DNA of 62,721 nt, counting the filler. It is 4 parts of 4 records of this genome, joined end to end, with 100 filler letters (N's around TTAATTAATTAA, not from the genome) between each part and the next. Parts side by side here need not be neighbours in the genome. Positions count along the whole stretch, not along the records: positions 1 to 28,553 come from SRR20825019_2309; 3 more parts are not named here. One strand, 5' to 3'. The notes below the pieces were generated by a model. The model was not told the origin of the DNA. It ran no database searches and saw only the letters and a list, made by a program, of their open reading frames with translations. The position numbers and the translations under genes are program-made. This document shows, in pieces, positions 12,630 through 24,825 of this stretch (position 1 is the first letter of the stretch; the number at the start of each line of letters is the position of its first letter).

Positions 12630-13230
12630 CGGAACGGGTGGCACTGGTTCTGTCCGGCGCGCCCGCGGCGGCGGCGCCCGGGGGGGGCGGCCGCCGGGCG
12701 GAGCCCCCGCAGGTGGTGGGCCGCCGGTGCGCCCGGCCAGCCAAGAACCCACGTATGAGCCCCGGCCCGCCAGACGGCCGTCAATGGGTAGTCAATATTA
12801 CGTTCACTGTGATCAATTGATAATTTCATTAGAGACGACAAGTACAATGCGTCCCTCAGGTACCCGACCCCCGGCGGCCGGCCCGGGGCCCGCGCCGCGG
12901 CCGGGGCCCGCCGCGCCCGGGGGCCGCCTCAGGCGAGACCGGCCCGCGGACCGGACCCGCCCGCCCGGCCGGGACGCCGCTCCGCTCCCGTCCGGCCCCG
13001 TTCGGCCCGGGAGCCCGGGTCCCGCGCGGCGGCCAGCGTGAGCCGGTTCCGGCCGTGTCGTCAATGCCATCCCCCGCCCCCGATGCCTGAGCAGTGTCGC
13101 CGGTTCGCCCGTGCCAATTGGTTGCGGTGCGTCGCCGCGTCGCCGCCCGCCGGCTGGCACTCCCAGTCTCCGGCTGGTGCGGTCCGACTGAGACCCTGGC
13201 AGGGCGGGGCTGGTGGCTGCCGGAGGGTGC
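12630..13230. promoter_or_regulatory. GC-rich island between divergent TPR and phosphatase genes (approximate bounds)
   Basis: Extremely GC-rich; only low-complexity Pro/Arg/Gly/Ala ORFs. Confidence 0.5.
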
Positions 13231-13443
13231 CGTGAACACAGGGACCATTTGCGCGGAAAGTAAAGAGTATTGTAACGGGATGTCCTGGACAAGAGATATG
13301 CTAAAAATCCACCACCGCGTACCTCCACTATCAAATACGTTGTCACTTGTAATATATTCTCCAATCTTAGTATCGCGAAGTCTTGATATGACGAGTGTGA
13401 GGTTTTAAACGTGTACAGAACCTTTATCTCAGCTTGCACAAAG

Positions 13444-14529
13444 ATGATCGAACACTCATCAGTAGACGAGTCGGAGCGACTGGCACGGTCGCTTGTGCAT
13501 CAAGCAAGCCCGTGCGACGATGCGGGCTTAGAGAAACGAAAGTCGGTGCGAAGCAAAAGCAGAAAACAAACTGCTTCCTCGGGATTAATGTGCAGCTGGG
13601 CTGCCTGGGTATTCGGGATGTTTATGGGAGGCCTTGTCAGCATTAATGTAATAGACAAGAAGACAGCTGCGACGGCGGAAGCGACCTTGTTCAGAATGGA
13701 GTCTGTGAGGCGCAAGTCATCCTCAGGGGACACTCCGCGACGGACAACAGCATCGAAAAGCGCCGTGCGGAAGGAGGGGGATAAATCGCCTGCAGGCGGG
13801 GGTCTCATTGAGACTCCGGGGAAAGGATTGGCACGCAGCTCAAAGACAACGCCTAGTGTGTCGCGTGGTATTGGAAGGAGGGGTTCGGGAAAGCTGAAGC
13901 GACCTACTCTTGTTCTGGACTTGGATGAGACTTTAATTCATGCTAGCTTCAAGTGTTTGGATAACTTTGATCTTCGCATGGAAGTGGTCATAGACAGGGT
14001 CTCGATCGTGTTTTATGTACTGAGGCGTCCGTACCTTGACATGTTCTTGGACACGGTATCTGAGTGGTACAATGTAGTAGTGTGGACAGCGAGTTTGAAG
14101 GCCTATGCGGATCCTCTGATAGATTTAATCGACCCTTATGGAAGGGTGTCGAGACGACTGTTCAGAGATGTAAGTACTGAATATGGGAAGGAAAACATCT
14201 GTTCGGGGCTGACGGTGGGCTGTGTAGAGTTGCACGAAGAGAGGGGACAACTTTGTCAAGGACTTGGAGGCATTGGGATTCGACCTGGACAGAGTCGTTT
14301 TCATTGACAATTGCGAGCATGCGTATTCAATGAATCAAGGTGAGAATTTAATTACGTCACTGTGCACGTGTCTAAGTTCTACTCTTAAGATAATGCAATT
14401 CCAATCGAGGCTTGGTACAATGACCCAAGCGACGAGGCGCTGCTCAATCTTTTGCCGTTCTTGAACTGCCTGCGGTTCACAGAGGATGTGAGGTCGATAC
14501 TGGGCCTCAGACTTATGCCATCGCAATAA
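13444..14529 (+). CDS. CTDNEP1/Dullard/Nem1-like HAD phosphatase (NIF/FCP1 domain), two introns
   Basis: [27 protein letters not shown] and C-terminal [14 protein letters not shown] after splicing; N-terminal hydrophobic segment. Confidence 0.85.
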
Positions 14530-14709
14530 ATCTGGAGGGTTTCTGGCCTAGATGGATGTCACATGGAGTTAGCAGGGAGTCTTCTTGCTCCTCCGGACGG
14601 CCGCCGTAGCACCGACCGTAATGAGTTCGTGACTAGACTCCTAACAGAGCTACCCGCAGAACTATAAGGAGGCACAGTCAGCGTGGGAAATGTTCTAGGA
14701 AAGGTCCTC

Positions 14710-17641
14710 TTACCTGACCACAGATGACACCGAACTTCGCCTACGTCCATTTCGGTGGACAGAACCAGGCTCCGAGTAGCGACGCTCCAGCATAGACCCA
14801 ACATCCATCTGTTCTTGCATGGCTGTGGTAGTAAGTCTCTGCCTGCAGATAAAGGACAACTCCGACACTCTAGGATGGTTTCGAACGCGAGCAACGTGGT
14901 CACCCGTGCGGCACGTCTCCAGAAGCCACAGCTCCACCGCGCGGGCACAGTCCTTGATAGCAAATGAATTGGCGAGAAGGGCAACCTGAATGAATTCTTC
15001 AATTGTACCTGAGAAAACATTGCATTAGTGACTGCGCATCATCTTTGGATATAATATAACTTACTGCACCAAATCACCTGGAGTTTACCGGTCAAGATGA
15101 ATCCCACCATTTCTCTAACCACTTTTGCGGGGTTATCTATGTGCAGCTTCATTTGCTGCGGAGATCTGCAACACAATTCGTTAACTCAGAGGAATCTTTG
15201 AGAAATGGAGTCGATACCTGGCAAACAAGTCCTCAAAGTGCTGCGACCGAGCGCGCAGGACACACTTAAGCACATAGACTTCTTCGCCATCCCCACACAC
15301 AAACGCAAACATCTCCCCTCGCTTTGCATCTTTTTCCATGAGTTGGAGGAATCCTGAAAGAGTTTGTCAACCGAGGAAACGTTTCAGGTATTATAAACAT
15401 ACTGTCGGAGGAAAACACAGCTGGAAGCCCTTCATACTCGTCTAATGCAGATGATGATGCATAAATGTAATCGATGAGTTCAACCAATGGCTGTGCATCG
15501 TACTTTTCGGCTAGCGCCCGAACTGATCTTAAGATATCCTCGTCAAGGCTAACTCTATTGCCGTATAGATACTCCAAGAAGGACAGCATTGCAGGGTAAT
15601 TGGCATCAACCTGGGTGGCCTTTTCTTTCGCGAGGAGGGTTGATCCACATGCGAGCACTCCTCGATGAACCCTGATCTTTTCGCCATCGTTTGTTTTTAT
15701 CGTGCCGTCAGCAAACAGCGGGTCATCTATCATCGAACACATGACAATGTCGTAACGGTTCGACCCCGCAGTATACTTGAAGACAGCGCTTGAGTCAGTT
15801 GTATCCCCCTCGTGAACGTAATATCCGAGAGGATTGACCACCTTCCGCGGATGTGAGTCATGCTGGAATGGGGGATATGTATTCATGCCAAACGAATACA
15901 AATCCCCTTTCACATCGATCGCTACAGTGCGTGATGGCCCTGCCACAATCCTTTTCACAACTACATCGGACTTCTTACCATCCCAGTTGCCCACCTGCCG
16001 GAAAATTGAAAACGATTGTGAGCTCGTAACAAAGCCCAGCTGACCATGGGTATTCGAACCGGTGGTGAAGATGTGGCCTTCAGCGTCCAACACAACAGTG
16101 TGAAACGTTCCACAGGAAACATCCACTATTTTGGAGGTGGTAAACGGCTTGACCTCTGTTGGCAGGAACATTTTCTCATCCATTGGGTCGGTGCACAGAG
16201 AATCGTACTGTAACTCTCCTTTCTGCCCCGTCGAGCTGGCGCCGAACATATACAATCGACCATCCCGCGTTAGAGCGGCACTGTGCGAAGTGCCAGCACT
16301 GATTTTGAAAACTCCTTTACGGCGCAAAGGCAGGATCACGGTGGCTTCGTCGACTTGAGATGAAGGGTCCATGAGACTTTGTCTGGATGGCTGGCCACAC
16401 TGCCCGTAAGCATTCTGGCCTAATGCCATCACATCGCCATCATACGTCAATACGAGCAAGTGTGCAAAACCGAGGGCAACCTGCTTCACTCGGTGGCCCC
16501 ATACTTCGTGGATTTGTCGGGGCCGTCTGGTGATCTCATCGTGGCGCCTGGCCAATGGCTTCATTGCCAGAGCTCCCCACATGTACACTTCACCATTGGT
16601 TGTCACAACTCCACTGGACTTGTCTCCCGCGAATACAGACACAGCTCGCACGCCATCCATTGTTGCCATAGGGAATGCCATGCCGTCAATAAGCTCGACG
16701 TTGCTCACCCCCAACTGACAGTTATCGTTATTACCTCTCACGATAACCCCGCCCCCATGCAGAAGACCTATGTAGTGGCTCGTCCCGCATGCAACGCTCC
16801 TAACATGAGTGTCCACAAAGACCCCGCAACTAGGACCGAAGCACCCGGTGCGAATGTGTTCATTGGACTTCAGGACAACTTCCATCCCATAAAGAACCCC
16901 AGCATCTGCCTCAGCCAACGCAACCACACTTGCTATACGAAAGCCCACAAGGTCACGTTCCGTCCCGGCCGCGCGATAGCAGCACAGAGCCTGCTCCACA
17001 CAGCCGTTTCTCGCATAGACTTTTGCTAGCTCATTGTAAAAGTCGCTGTTCACCCCGTTACACTTGTCAACGAGCCGCACCTCTGTTTGGTCATTCAGCG
17101 GCACCCGACCCTTCGAGTCCGACCAACTTGATGATCCAGCCCCAAACTTGCATTTTGAGATGTGGCTACTTTTCTTTCTCCTTTCCAGATATCCCCTCAT
17201 CTGCTCCCTCGAATAGCGGCATTCGGAATAAGGGCAGAAATGCCTTTCATACTCGCACTCGTTCTTGACGTGTTCAAATATGGCCACGAGCCCCCCTTTC
17301 CACTTGCATCCCCGCGTTTCATTTCGACACTTTGTAGAGAAAGATTTCATTTCTGAGACTAGTTGGTCAGCTTTTTTCAGGCTATCACCGTCTGCAGGAC
17401 TTCGGCACAGAGGACAATTTTTTTGCGTTTGAATCCACTCTAGCAAGCACTGGCGGCAGAAAGGGTGTCCACATGACGGCATCCAGGGGTCTGCAAGAGA
17501 ATTAGGTCACGGTTGTCACACAGTAGGGCTACATAGTCACATACCCCGCATAACGTCATGGCAGACCGCACAAACCATGTGCTCTGGTACAACATCGGCC
17601 AAGGTGTCCCCTCCATTGTTGGCACGAAGTCTTTTCAGCAT
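14710..17641 (-). CDS. RING(C3HC4) - TRAF-type Zn finger - RCC1 repeats - tandem BTB protein, multi-exon
   Basis: CAVC..CGHPFC..C..CPLC RING after splicing; RCC1 repeats (VACGTSH, GQNAYGQCG, VSCGTFHT); BTB cores IRVHRGVLACGS and VYVLKCVLRARSQHF. Confidence 0.8.
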
Positions 17642-17799
17642 TCCTTGGACTCACTATCTCTCTAGAACCTTTTAGCGGAGTCTATTTATTATTGACATTT
17701 GACTTGAAACAAGGCGGCCAGGCCAAGCCATAAAGGAGTCTTGGTGTTAAAATTGGGGTTGGGTTCACCGCAAATGGGTCCGTGGACCGTCTACACAGT

Positions 17800-18240
17800 C
17801 AGTCCTCACAAGCCATTGGACCTGTCAAGCCGTCCATCCTTGCCTGCCGTGCCACGAGGCCCGGTATTTTCCCCTAAACAGCGAATGCCGTGGTGCTGAT
17901 GAGCGCCATCCGATAGTAGGGATCCGGAGTCCCATTGATTAGGCCGAGGTGCCGCAGGCCAGGTCAACGCAGCACCCGCCGGCACAGTGATGAGCGCTAC
18001 ACGAGACTGATGAGAGGCCTGGGCGGCCGTCCACCCGGCGGGTCGAAGTCCGCGCCCGCCGGGGGCTCGGACGAGTGAGCCGCGGCGGTGCCCAACGGCA
18101 CGGGGCCTCCGGCCGGGCCGGGCACCGGAAAGCCCGGCGGCCACCCTCCTCACCGTGAAACGCGTCCGGGAACGTTCTCGAGCCGCAGCCTGACTGACGG
18201 CGGCCAGGCGGTGTAGTACGTTCTCCCCCGAATACCGGCG
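17800..18240. promoter_or_regulatory. GC-rich island upstream of RING-RCC1-BTB gene (approximate bounds)
   Basis: GC-rich with (C/G)TGATGAG at 17896, 17987 and 18007. Confidence 0.5.
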
Positions 18241-18338
18241 CGATCAAAGCTGAGGATCGATCCCCGTTCCTCATTAGTCTCAACCCAGCTCCCGCAATAA
18301 CTGTGGACTTCCTATATCCGAGATACTTCTTTGATTGG

Positions 18339-21300
18339 CTAATCCTCGGCTTCACTCTCTATTTCGTTTTCATGTCCAAAGAGAGAGCCACGAGGGGTTT
18401 GAAGCTGCAACGACTTGAGTTGATCTTCTATAGGTTTCTCGTGGTCGTTGTCGTCTAGCGCGTGCAAAAGGGAGGGTTGTTGCATGACGGATTCAATACT
18501 GGGACCATCTTCGTGGGTAGGAGGGACAGTGGGATCACCGCTAGCCATGGAAGGGAAATGATGCCCGGCACGCACACTGGGTGCTTCACCCAGGTCTGGG
18601 ACAAGAACGTCCTCAGTCCTAGCCTCGGTCGCCAGCAAATCTCCAGCGTTGTCAGATTCTGCGGAGCTGGTATTCTCATTTCCCTCCAGTATCTCTGTAG
18701 CAGAGGGGATGTGCTGGTGTGTACCCCATGTGTGGGATTCTTGAGCAGGAGGTCCGAGCACTGCTTCCTCACCATTCAAGGCAAAATGAACGGACGATGT
18801 CTGCCGAGCAGAATGCGCTGCCGGGCTGCTCTCCACGCTTGAAATATTCTGCACAGCCATGGCCGACTGCGATCATTGATGTCAGAACCAAAAGGAAGGG
18901 CCAGATCGCAAAACAGCGAAGTCATACCTCCTGAAGCCTTTCGCCTAACTCCTTAAACTCGGTTTCTCGCAGCTCGAATCCAAGCTGTTGCTCGCCTCCA
19001 CTCACACGCGCCCTGTGATACTGCAAAATACATGAGCCCCCCACGTACCCAATCCAGACGCTCGCCAACCTTTTCTAGCCAGTCAAAGTACACATCGTGG
19101 CGAATATTCTGGCCATGGCGAATCGACATCTGCGATCTTCCCAAGAACGACTGGCTTCGCATAATGTCAGATTGCGATCGCGCAACCCCCATATTGTTCT
19201 CAATACGCCCGAGGTAGCTAGAAGTAGGACTTTGAGGCACAAAGCTAGACGCGCCCATGCTACGAATACGATAGAATGAACAACGAAATTCATTCAGAAA
19301 AATAAAAACACATACCCACTGGAATGCCCATTGTGGGCAGCAGTATGACTTGTGACCTTTTGAATCCGCACGGGAGGCCCCTGGTGGAAGGTTTCTTCTA
19401 TAATCGAAGTCTCTGCAATACTTTGGTCCATCTTGCCAAGGAATTCCTGAGCCCCTTGTCCTGAAGGCACCCAATTGGGATGGTTGGCCCTAAATGTGAG
19501 GAAACTCTTCTCAAGCTTTCCGTGTGCGGTGCGCTGCCGCTAAACCAGGGAGATTAGGGCCCAAAATTGCGCCACAACCCGCTGAACCCACCTTATCCGC
19601 ATGATATGTGCTCCCGTATTTGCTGTTACCATACTTATGGAAGTCAAAGACGGCGTATGCACACACATGGCCCACGCCGTCAACATTCACAGTAAAATCT
19701 CGCACAAAGTTCACAATATCGCCAGCGCAAGATGGCAGAGCAAACCTGATCTCGAAAGTTAGAACCCAAGAAGTAGCCCCCGCGATCAATATCGTACCAG
19801 AGTATGAATGGTGTCAAGAAGACGCTTAGGACTTCGTTGAGGAAGATGATAATCTTGTACTGAAGCAACTCGACAAATTCTTCGTACACATCGTAGCTAT
19901 GGCATTTCCCCCGCCAGCGCTTCGGAAAATAGTGCGTAGACCTGGAGACAAGGTGCATCAATTCCTCGGGGTCTTCTGCAAGATTTTCATCTGGCATCAC
20001 TGCACGACATGCAGCCAAGACAACTCCACAGATGGCGAGATACCAAAGAAGATTATGGGTCTCCCATACCTGAAACTTGATTCTAAATATAGAATCATGA
20101 CAACTTGAACCAACATCACACACCTTGACATAAAGAATGATTGATTCGTTCAAGAGAGAGAGAACGATCAGGACCCCCGCAAACGATCCGAACACAAACG
20201 ATATAAAACTGTCCTTCCATGAGCCATAGCGAAGCAACAACGGAACACCTCGCAGAGTCCACGTACCGGCAAATACTCGTGAGAAGATTCGAGTTGAACA
20301 ACTTCGTGTACGTGTTGGCAGGTTTGTACGACATATTCAAACGCTTCTGGAACGCGTCCGGAAATTCATTTAGCTCCCTAAACTTCCATCGCGCCAGTGG
20401 TGACCTGATGTGTGTGAGCACGAATCCCCTTAAAACCCTGCAATTCCTACCAGGTGCGAGCACCAAGCTCCTGGGGCCTGTTCCTAAGCTCTTCTGTATG
20501 TCTCAAGAAGAAATACATCACCCGAAATATAAGAATAAATGGCGCCAGCGCAAAGTTGACCAGTCCCATTCGCACAAATCGGCGCCTCAATGCCGGGACG
20601 TCGTTTAGGAACGACTTACGGATCATAAATTTGTCGTCAAACATAACGTCCAGGATGCACTGCACAGGTCACCATTGGTTTGATGCTCAACAATATGTGC
20701 ACGACAGCCCAAGCATACTTGGTGGAGATTCCATTCAAGCGTCTCGGTCACGAGCGGTTGGGTGATGAGCGGAAGTCCCTTGAGTTTCAGGTTGAGGATA
20801 TCCTTGTTGAAGAAGGCTATCAAATAGTTCTCCTTCCGCATGACTCTCATCGCGATGTCATGTGCTGTGAGGGTATCCTTTACAATGCAAAGCCTCATGG
20901 TTTTCTGAAGAAGGACTAGGCGGTCCACAACTTCAGACCACTCGATGGTTTGCAAATCTCTCTGCAGAATGAGAAGCGTGTCAGGCAGTGCCCACCGGGT
21001 CAAGGAGAAACTTTACCTCGGTCAACCCGAGTTTCTCAGTGTAGAATGTGCGGATTTCCATTACGTCAAATAAATGGTAGACAGTGACCACACACTGCCA
21101 TATCCAGTAGAGCCCGAACAAAATAGCATAAAGGGTCACCAGTGCCGTAAAAATCGAAAATCTATCAAGGAAGTCAGAAGGAAGAGAGCTGTGTCACAGT
21201 CAGTCATACTTGGGTGCACGCATAAACTTAATGTTGTGACAGGTTTCTTCTGATTCACACGTTGTCAACAGGGCACTCCAGTCGACAAATAGCAACAGCA

Positions 21301-21656
21301 CAGTGGAAAAAAGCACAGTGAAGCCAAGAGATCTGCAACAAATACTCATCAGTCGCGTGTTGCGAGCTATGCAGATTCTCTTACAGCAAGTTCGTAACTC
21401 GTGTTGCTAAGATACAATAAAAGCCCTTTTCATAGTAATACTTGTACACCTTTGTCAAGAATACGTCCAGATTAGGGATCGCCGCCCACTGCTGGTGGGA
21501 TGCATTTTCGGCATGTAGAAAGGCTGACGAATCCATTCCATCTTCTTCATCCATGCCGCCGGGAATCTGACTCATAAGGTGAGCAGCGGAAGGCTCGGGC
21601 TTCTTAAAACCTACCGGGTCATATCCCTTATTTCCTGTCCGCGGTAGCCAGGCCAT
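18339..21656 (-). CDS. ATG9: autophagy protein ATG9, multi-exon
   Basis: IPNLDVFLTKVYKYY, AHDIAMRVMRKENYLIA, LEWNL, LGARTWS, KFRELNE and VDGVGHVCAYAVFDF segments characteristic of ATG9. Confidence 0.92.
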
Positions 21657-21959
21657 CAAGGCAAGGACGCTGGCTTGGGTGAGCGTTAAACATGGTTTTG
21701 TGGAGAACACTTATACATAGTTGTAGTGCGGGCCAGGTTGTCCGCAGAGGTAAGGAACATGGCACCCACAACTGGTGAACCAGCCTAGACCAGAAGTGAT
21801 AGTGACTGAAATCGAGTCTTTAGCAACTTGTTGGTCCCGACTACAACGACCGCGTTGTCATGTGCCGTGGCATCGGCACTCCCTTTCGAGTTTCAGTTTC
21901 ACTGAACTCAGCGTATTGATGTTAGAACGGGCGTCGCAACTCTCACAGGAGTGCTCATC

Positions 21960-22900
21960 ACAAGTCTCTGTTGCCGGCCGCGTGGTGGTAGGTAGCTAGG
22001 GCTCACCTGGTGGCCACTGGCGGATGACCGGACCACCCCGGCCGTTGACTCCGGGGCCGCGTGCTGAAGAGTGTCGGGCCTCCTGGTCTCGCGTGACTCG
22101 GTGGTGCGGGTTCCCGCCTGGCCGGCCGGGTCAGTGTCAGTGTGGTGCACCGTCCATTCAAAACCTGCGAATGCCCCGGCCGCCCGTCAGGCGCGGCACA
22201 ACCGTGCCGTCACGCGGCAAGCAAGACTGTCATGAGGCGCCTCAACGGGGGTTGGAGTCCGCCGGGGTGTCGGTTTGGTGTCGTGACTCCTAACTCAGCC
22301 AGCTGCATTGGGCCGATCGCCGGCCAGCCGTGACCCCAGTGTACTCCTTCCGTGAGGAGTGGACCAGTGCCAGGTGGTTGGTGGTGGCCGGGGGTGGACT
22401 GAGTCGGAGGCCCCTCACCGCCGGTCCGCCTCATTCAGCCGCCCGCTCCGCCGGCGAGCCAGCCCGGGCCGGCTGGCAACGATCAAACGGTGCCACTCTG
22501 TCCGGTCAGGCCGCCCCACCCGGGCCACCCCGGATCTTGGTCGCTCGCGGTGGCACGCGGCCGGGGGCGGCCGGCCGGGCCCCGGCCGCCCCGGCGCCGG
22601 GTTAGCGGACGCTGCCGGTCGCAGGCAGGACCCGCCGCCGGCGCCCGGTCACAGTCCGTGATCGCACCCCCATGCCTCCGCAGTCCACTGGCTCAGCACC
22701 GCCCCTGGGTCTGCCCAGCTGGTGCGCCGTCAGCTTGGAAAGTCGGCACTGATCGCCATTGGTTTGGCAGAGCCCCGGGCGCGCGCGCTCGTCGCAAACG
22801 GCCTCCCCGCGAACCTGTAGTATCCGCCGCCCCGTGGCCGCCCTGAGGCCGCCCTGCACCACCGTGCTTAACAGTGCTCGGCCCGTCGCCCTCCACGATC
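21960..22900. promoter_or_regulatory. GC-rich island between divergent ATG9 and the gene at 22981 (approximate bounds)
   Basis: Longest island; many TGACTC/GAGTC motifs; no credible ORF. Confidence 0.5.
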
Positions 22901-22980
22901 GAGTCCCCCTGCGCACTTTGCCGGAGTTGACGGGTACATACATATGTACTTGGCTTGCAAGACGAATGTAGTGAACAGAT

Positions 22981-23957
22981 ATGGCTAGTAAGGGCCGGCG
23001 TCAGGGGCTCCCAAGCCCCGCAATAGTCTATGAAATGCCACCCAGAGGGAGGAAGCGGGCAGACTCTCCAGACTCGATTGTTCAGTATTTCTCTGATCAT
23101 CTTCTCAAGCGCACTACTGATATGCTGGACTCTCACCTTGTATCTGAGTATGAGCGTGCTGCTCGGGGTATCACGGACCCGGCATACGTAGAGTTGTGCC
23201 ACCAGAGGATGTGGAAGAACATTAATGAGTTTACTCCAACTCCATCATCATCCCGAGCGTCGTCAGTTACATCGTGTACATCTAAGGCCTCTTCGTACCG
23301 GTCAGGTATCAAATATGGCGGAGGAGTGTTGTACACACTTTAATCTGATGTTTCTTTTGTTCAGGGTCCATGACTGAACGAACCCACAGTTCTGCGACCG
23401 GGACAGCTTCAAGACGCAAGCACCACCACCATCGTCGACACCGTCGCAAGGACGAAGGGGAAGATGACAGGCCTGCTACCGCGGCGACAGATGATGTACT
23501 TAGCAGGGGCCATGTTACTCCTGTCCGGCCAGCCACCGCCGCCCCAGAACAAAAGCCCCCCCTTGTTAACAAGTTTGGGCGGCCACTTAGGGATCGCACC
23601 CCATTCGGGCGCCTGGTTGCATTCCCCACATTTCCTCGTGCGCCTACCCATACCCCCATTGTGAGACCTAAGCTGGAAGTGAACTGGTTGCGTGGAACGT
23701 CCACACGGCCATATGCCAACAAGCCTGGCGAAAAAGTATACCAACCATCTGCTTCATGGTATGGGATTTACCCGCAGGTACGTAGTACATGCTCCAAATA
23801 TGCACCTCTCCTCTTCGTATTGATTTGTGTTTTTGTTTTCTCCGTTCAGAGCATGCGCGGGTCGATTGGAAATGAGCGGTCAACGAGGACCAGACTGAAC
23901 AAAGATTATCAAGGGGAGACCCTAATATACCTCAGGCAGAATCCTCCGATGCCATAG
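22981..23957 (+). CDS. hypothetical protein; intron 23306-23364 and probably a second
   Basis: ORFs 22981 and 23370 join through GTATCA..TTCAG; basic low-complexity protein with no recognised domain; 3' end uncertain. Confidence 0.5.
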
Positions 23958-24229
23958 ACTGGCTGGATGAGAGCGATATTATCTGAGATGATGCGGTTGC
24001 GGATGGAGACTGTGGCACGGACTGACCAAAGATACAGGGTCGTCCAACCAACCGTCCTTACTTTCGAGACTGGCCACACCACACCGACTTGCCCGTCTGT
24101 GGACATTCATTTCTATACTTTCCAAAAGGGATAATTAGAGTTTTTACTTCCCACATGGGAATAATAAATGAATTCGATTGTGTCGATGAGGATTGGCCGT
24201 CCCCTACTACATCCGGGTTCGAGCCAGTG

Positions 24230-24540
24230 GATGGTCCAACGGCCGTCCCGCCGTGCACTGAGCCGGCTCATCAGTGAGTGAAGTGGGCCAGCCTGGATGA
24301 GAGAGCCGGCTGCACTGGCCTGCGGCCGGTGCCCCTCGGTGCCGTGGTCGGCCGCCCGCCCGGCGCCGCGGCACCGGACCAGCACCTACTGGTGAGCGGT
24401 GCCACACGTCGGGAAGTGTGCCCCCCGCGACCGGCCGGGCGGCCCGGCACCGGGCAGGCCGCCGGTTCAGCCTCCTCGGCTGTGTGTGACCTGACTGTGG
24501 TGCGCCGCGTGTTGCAAGCGTCGGTCACTGGCACCACTAA
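24230..24540. promoter_or_regulatory. GC-rich island upstream of kinesin-like gene (approximate bounds)
   Basis: GC-rich with CTCATCAGTGAGTGA at 24267. Confidence 0.5.
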
Positions 24541-24825
24541 CAACCGCTTGACGCGATTTCCGATGTAGGTGTGATAGAAGCCGAAGAGCGACGAGTCTGA
24601 CCTAACCTGATTTCAGCGTGCTCCCCTTCAGGGTTCTTCTGACTGTCACCCATTTGGTTACACACACGCCCAGCACACACTGGCAGACTTCCCCGGCCGG
24701 GTGGACAGATTGTCAGCGATGCAGGCAACTGAGCCTAGAGTACGACTATAAGTGATACCATTTCTCCGTGTAAAACAGAATAGTTGGTGTTCTGAGGGAG
24801 CATAGAAGCTCAGAGAGTTGCATAG

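Noticed and set aside
12602-13439. Many Pro/Arg/Gly/Ala-rich ORFs in the GC islands (also ~2224-2960 and 21908-22971)
   Set aside because: Stop-codon scarcity in very high GC DNA; overlapping on all frames with no domain signal
2644-18014. CTGATGAG copies as hammerhead ribozyme cores
   Set aside because: No properly placed stem II plus GAAA or NUH cleavage helix after the copies inspected (2644, 17896, 18007)
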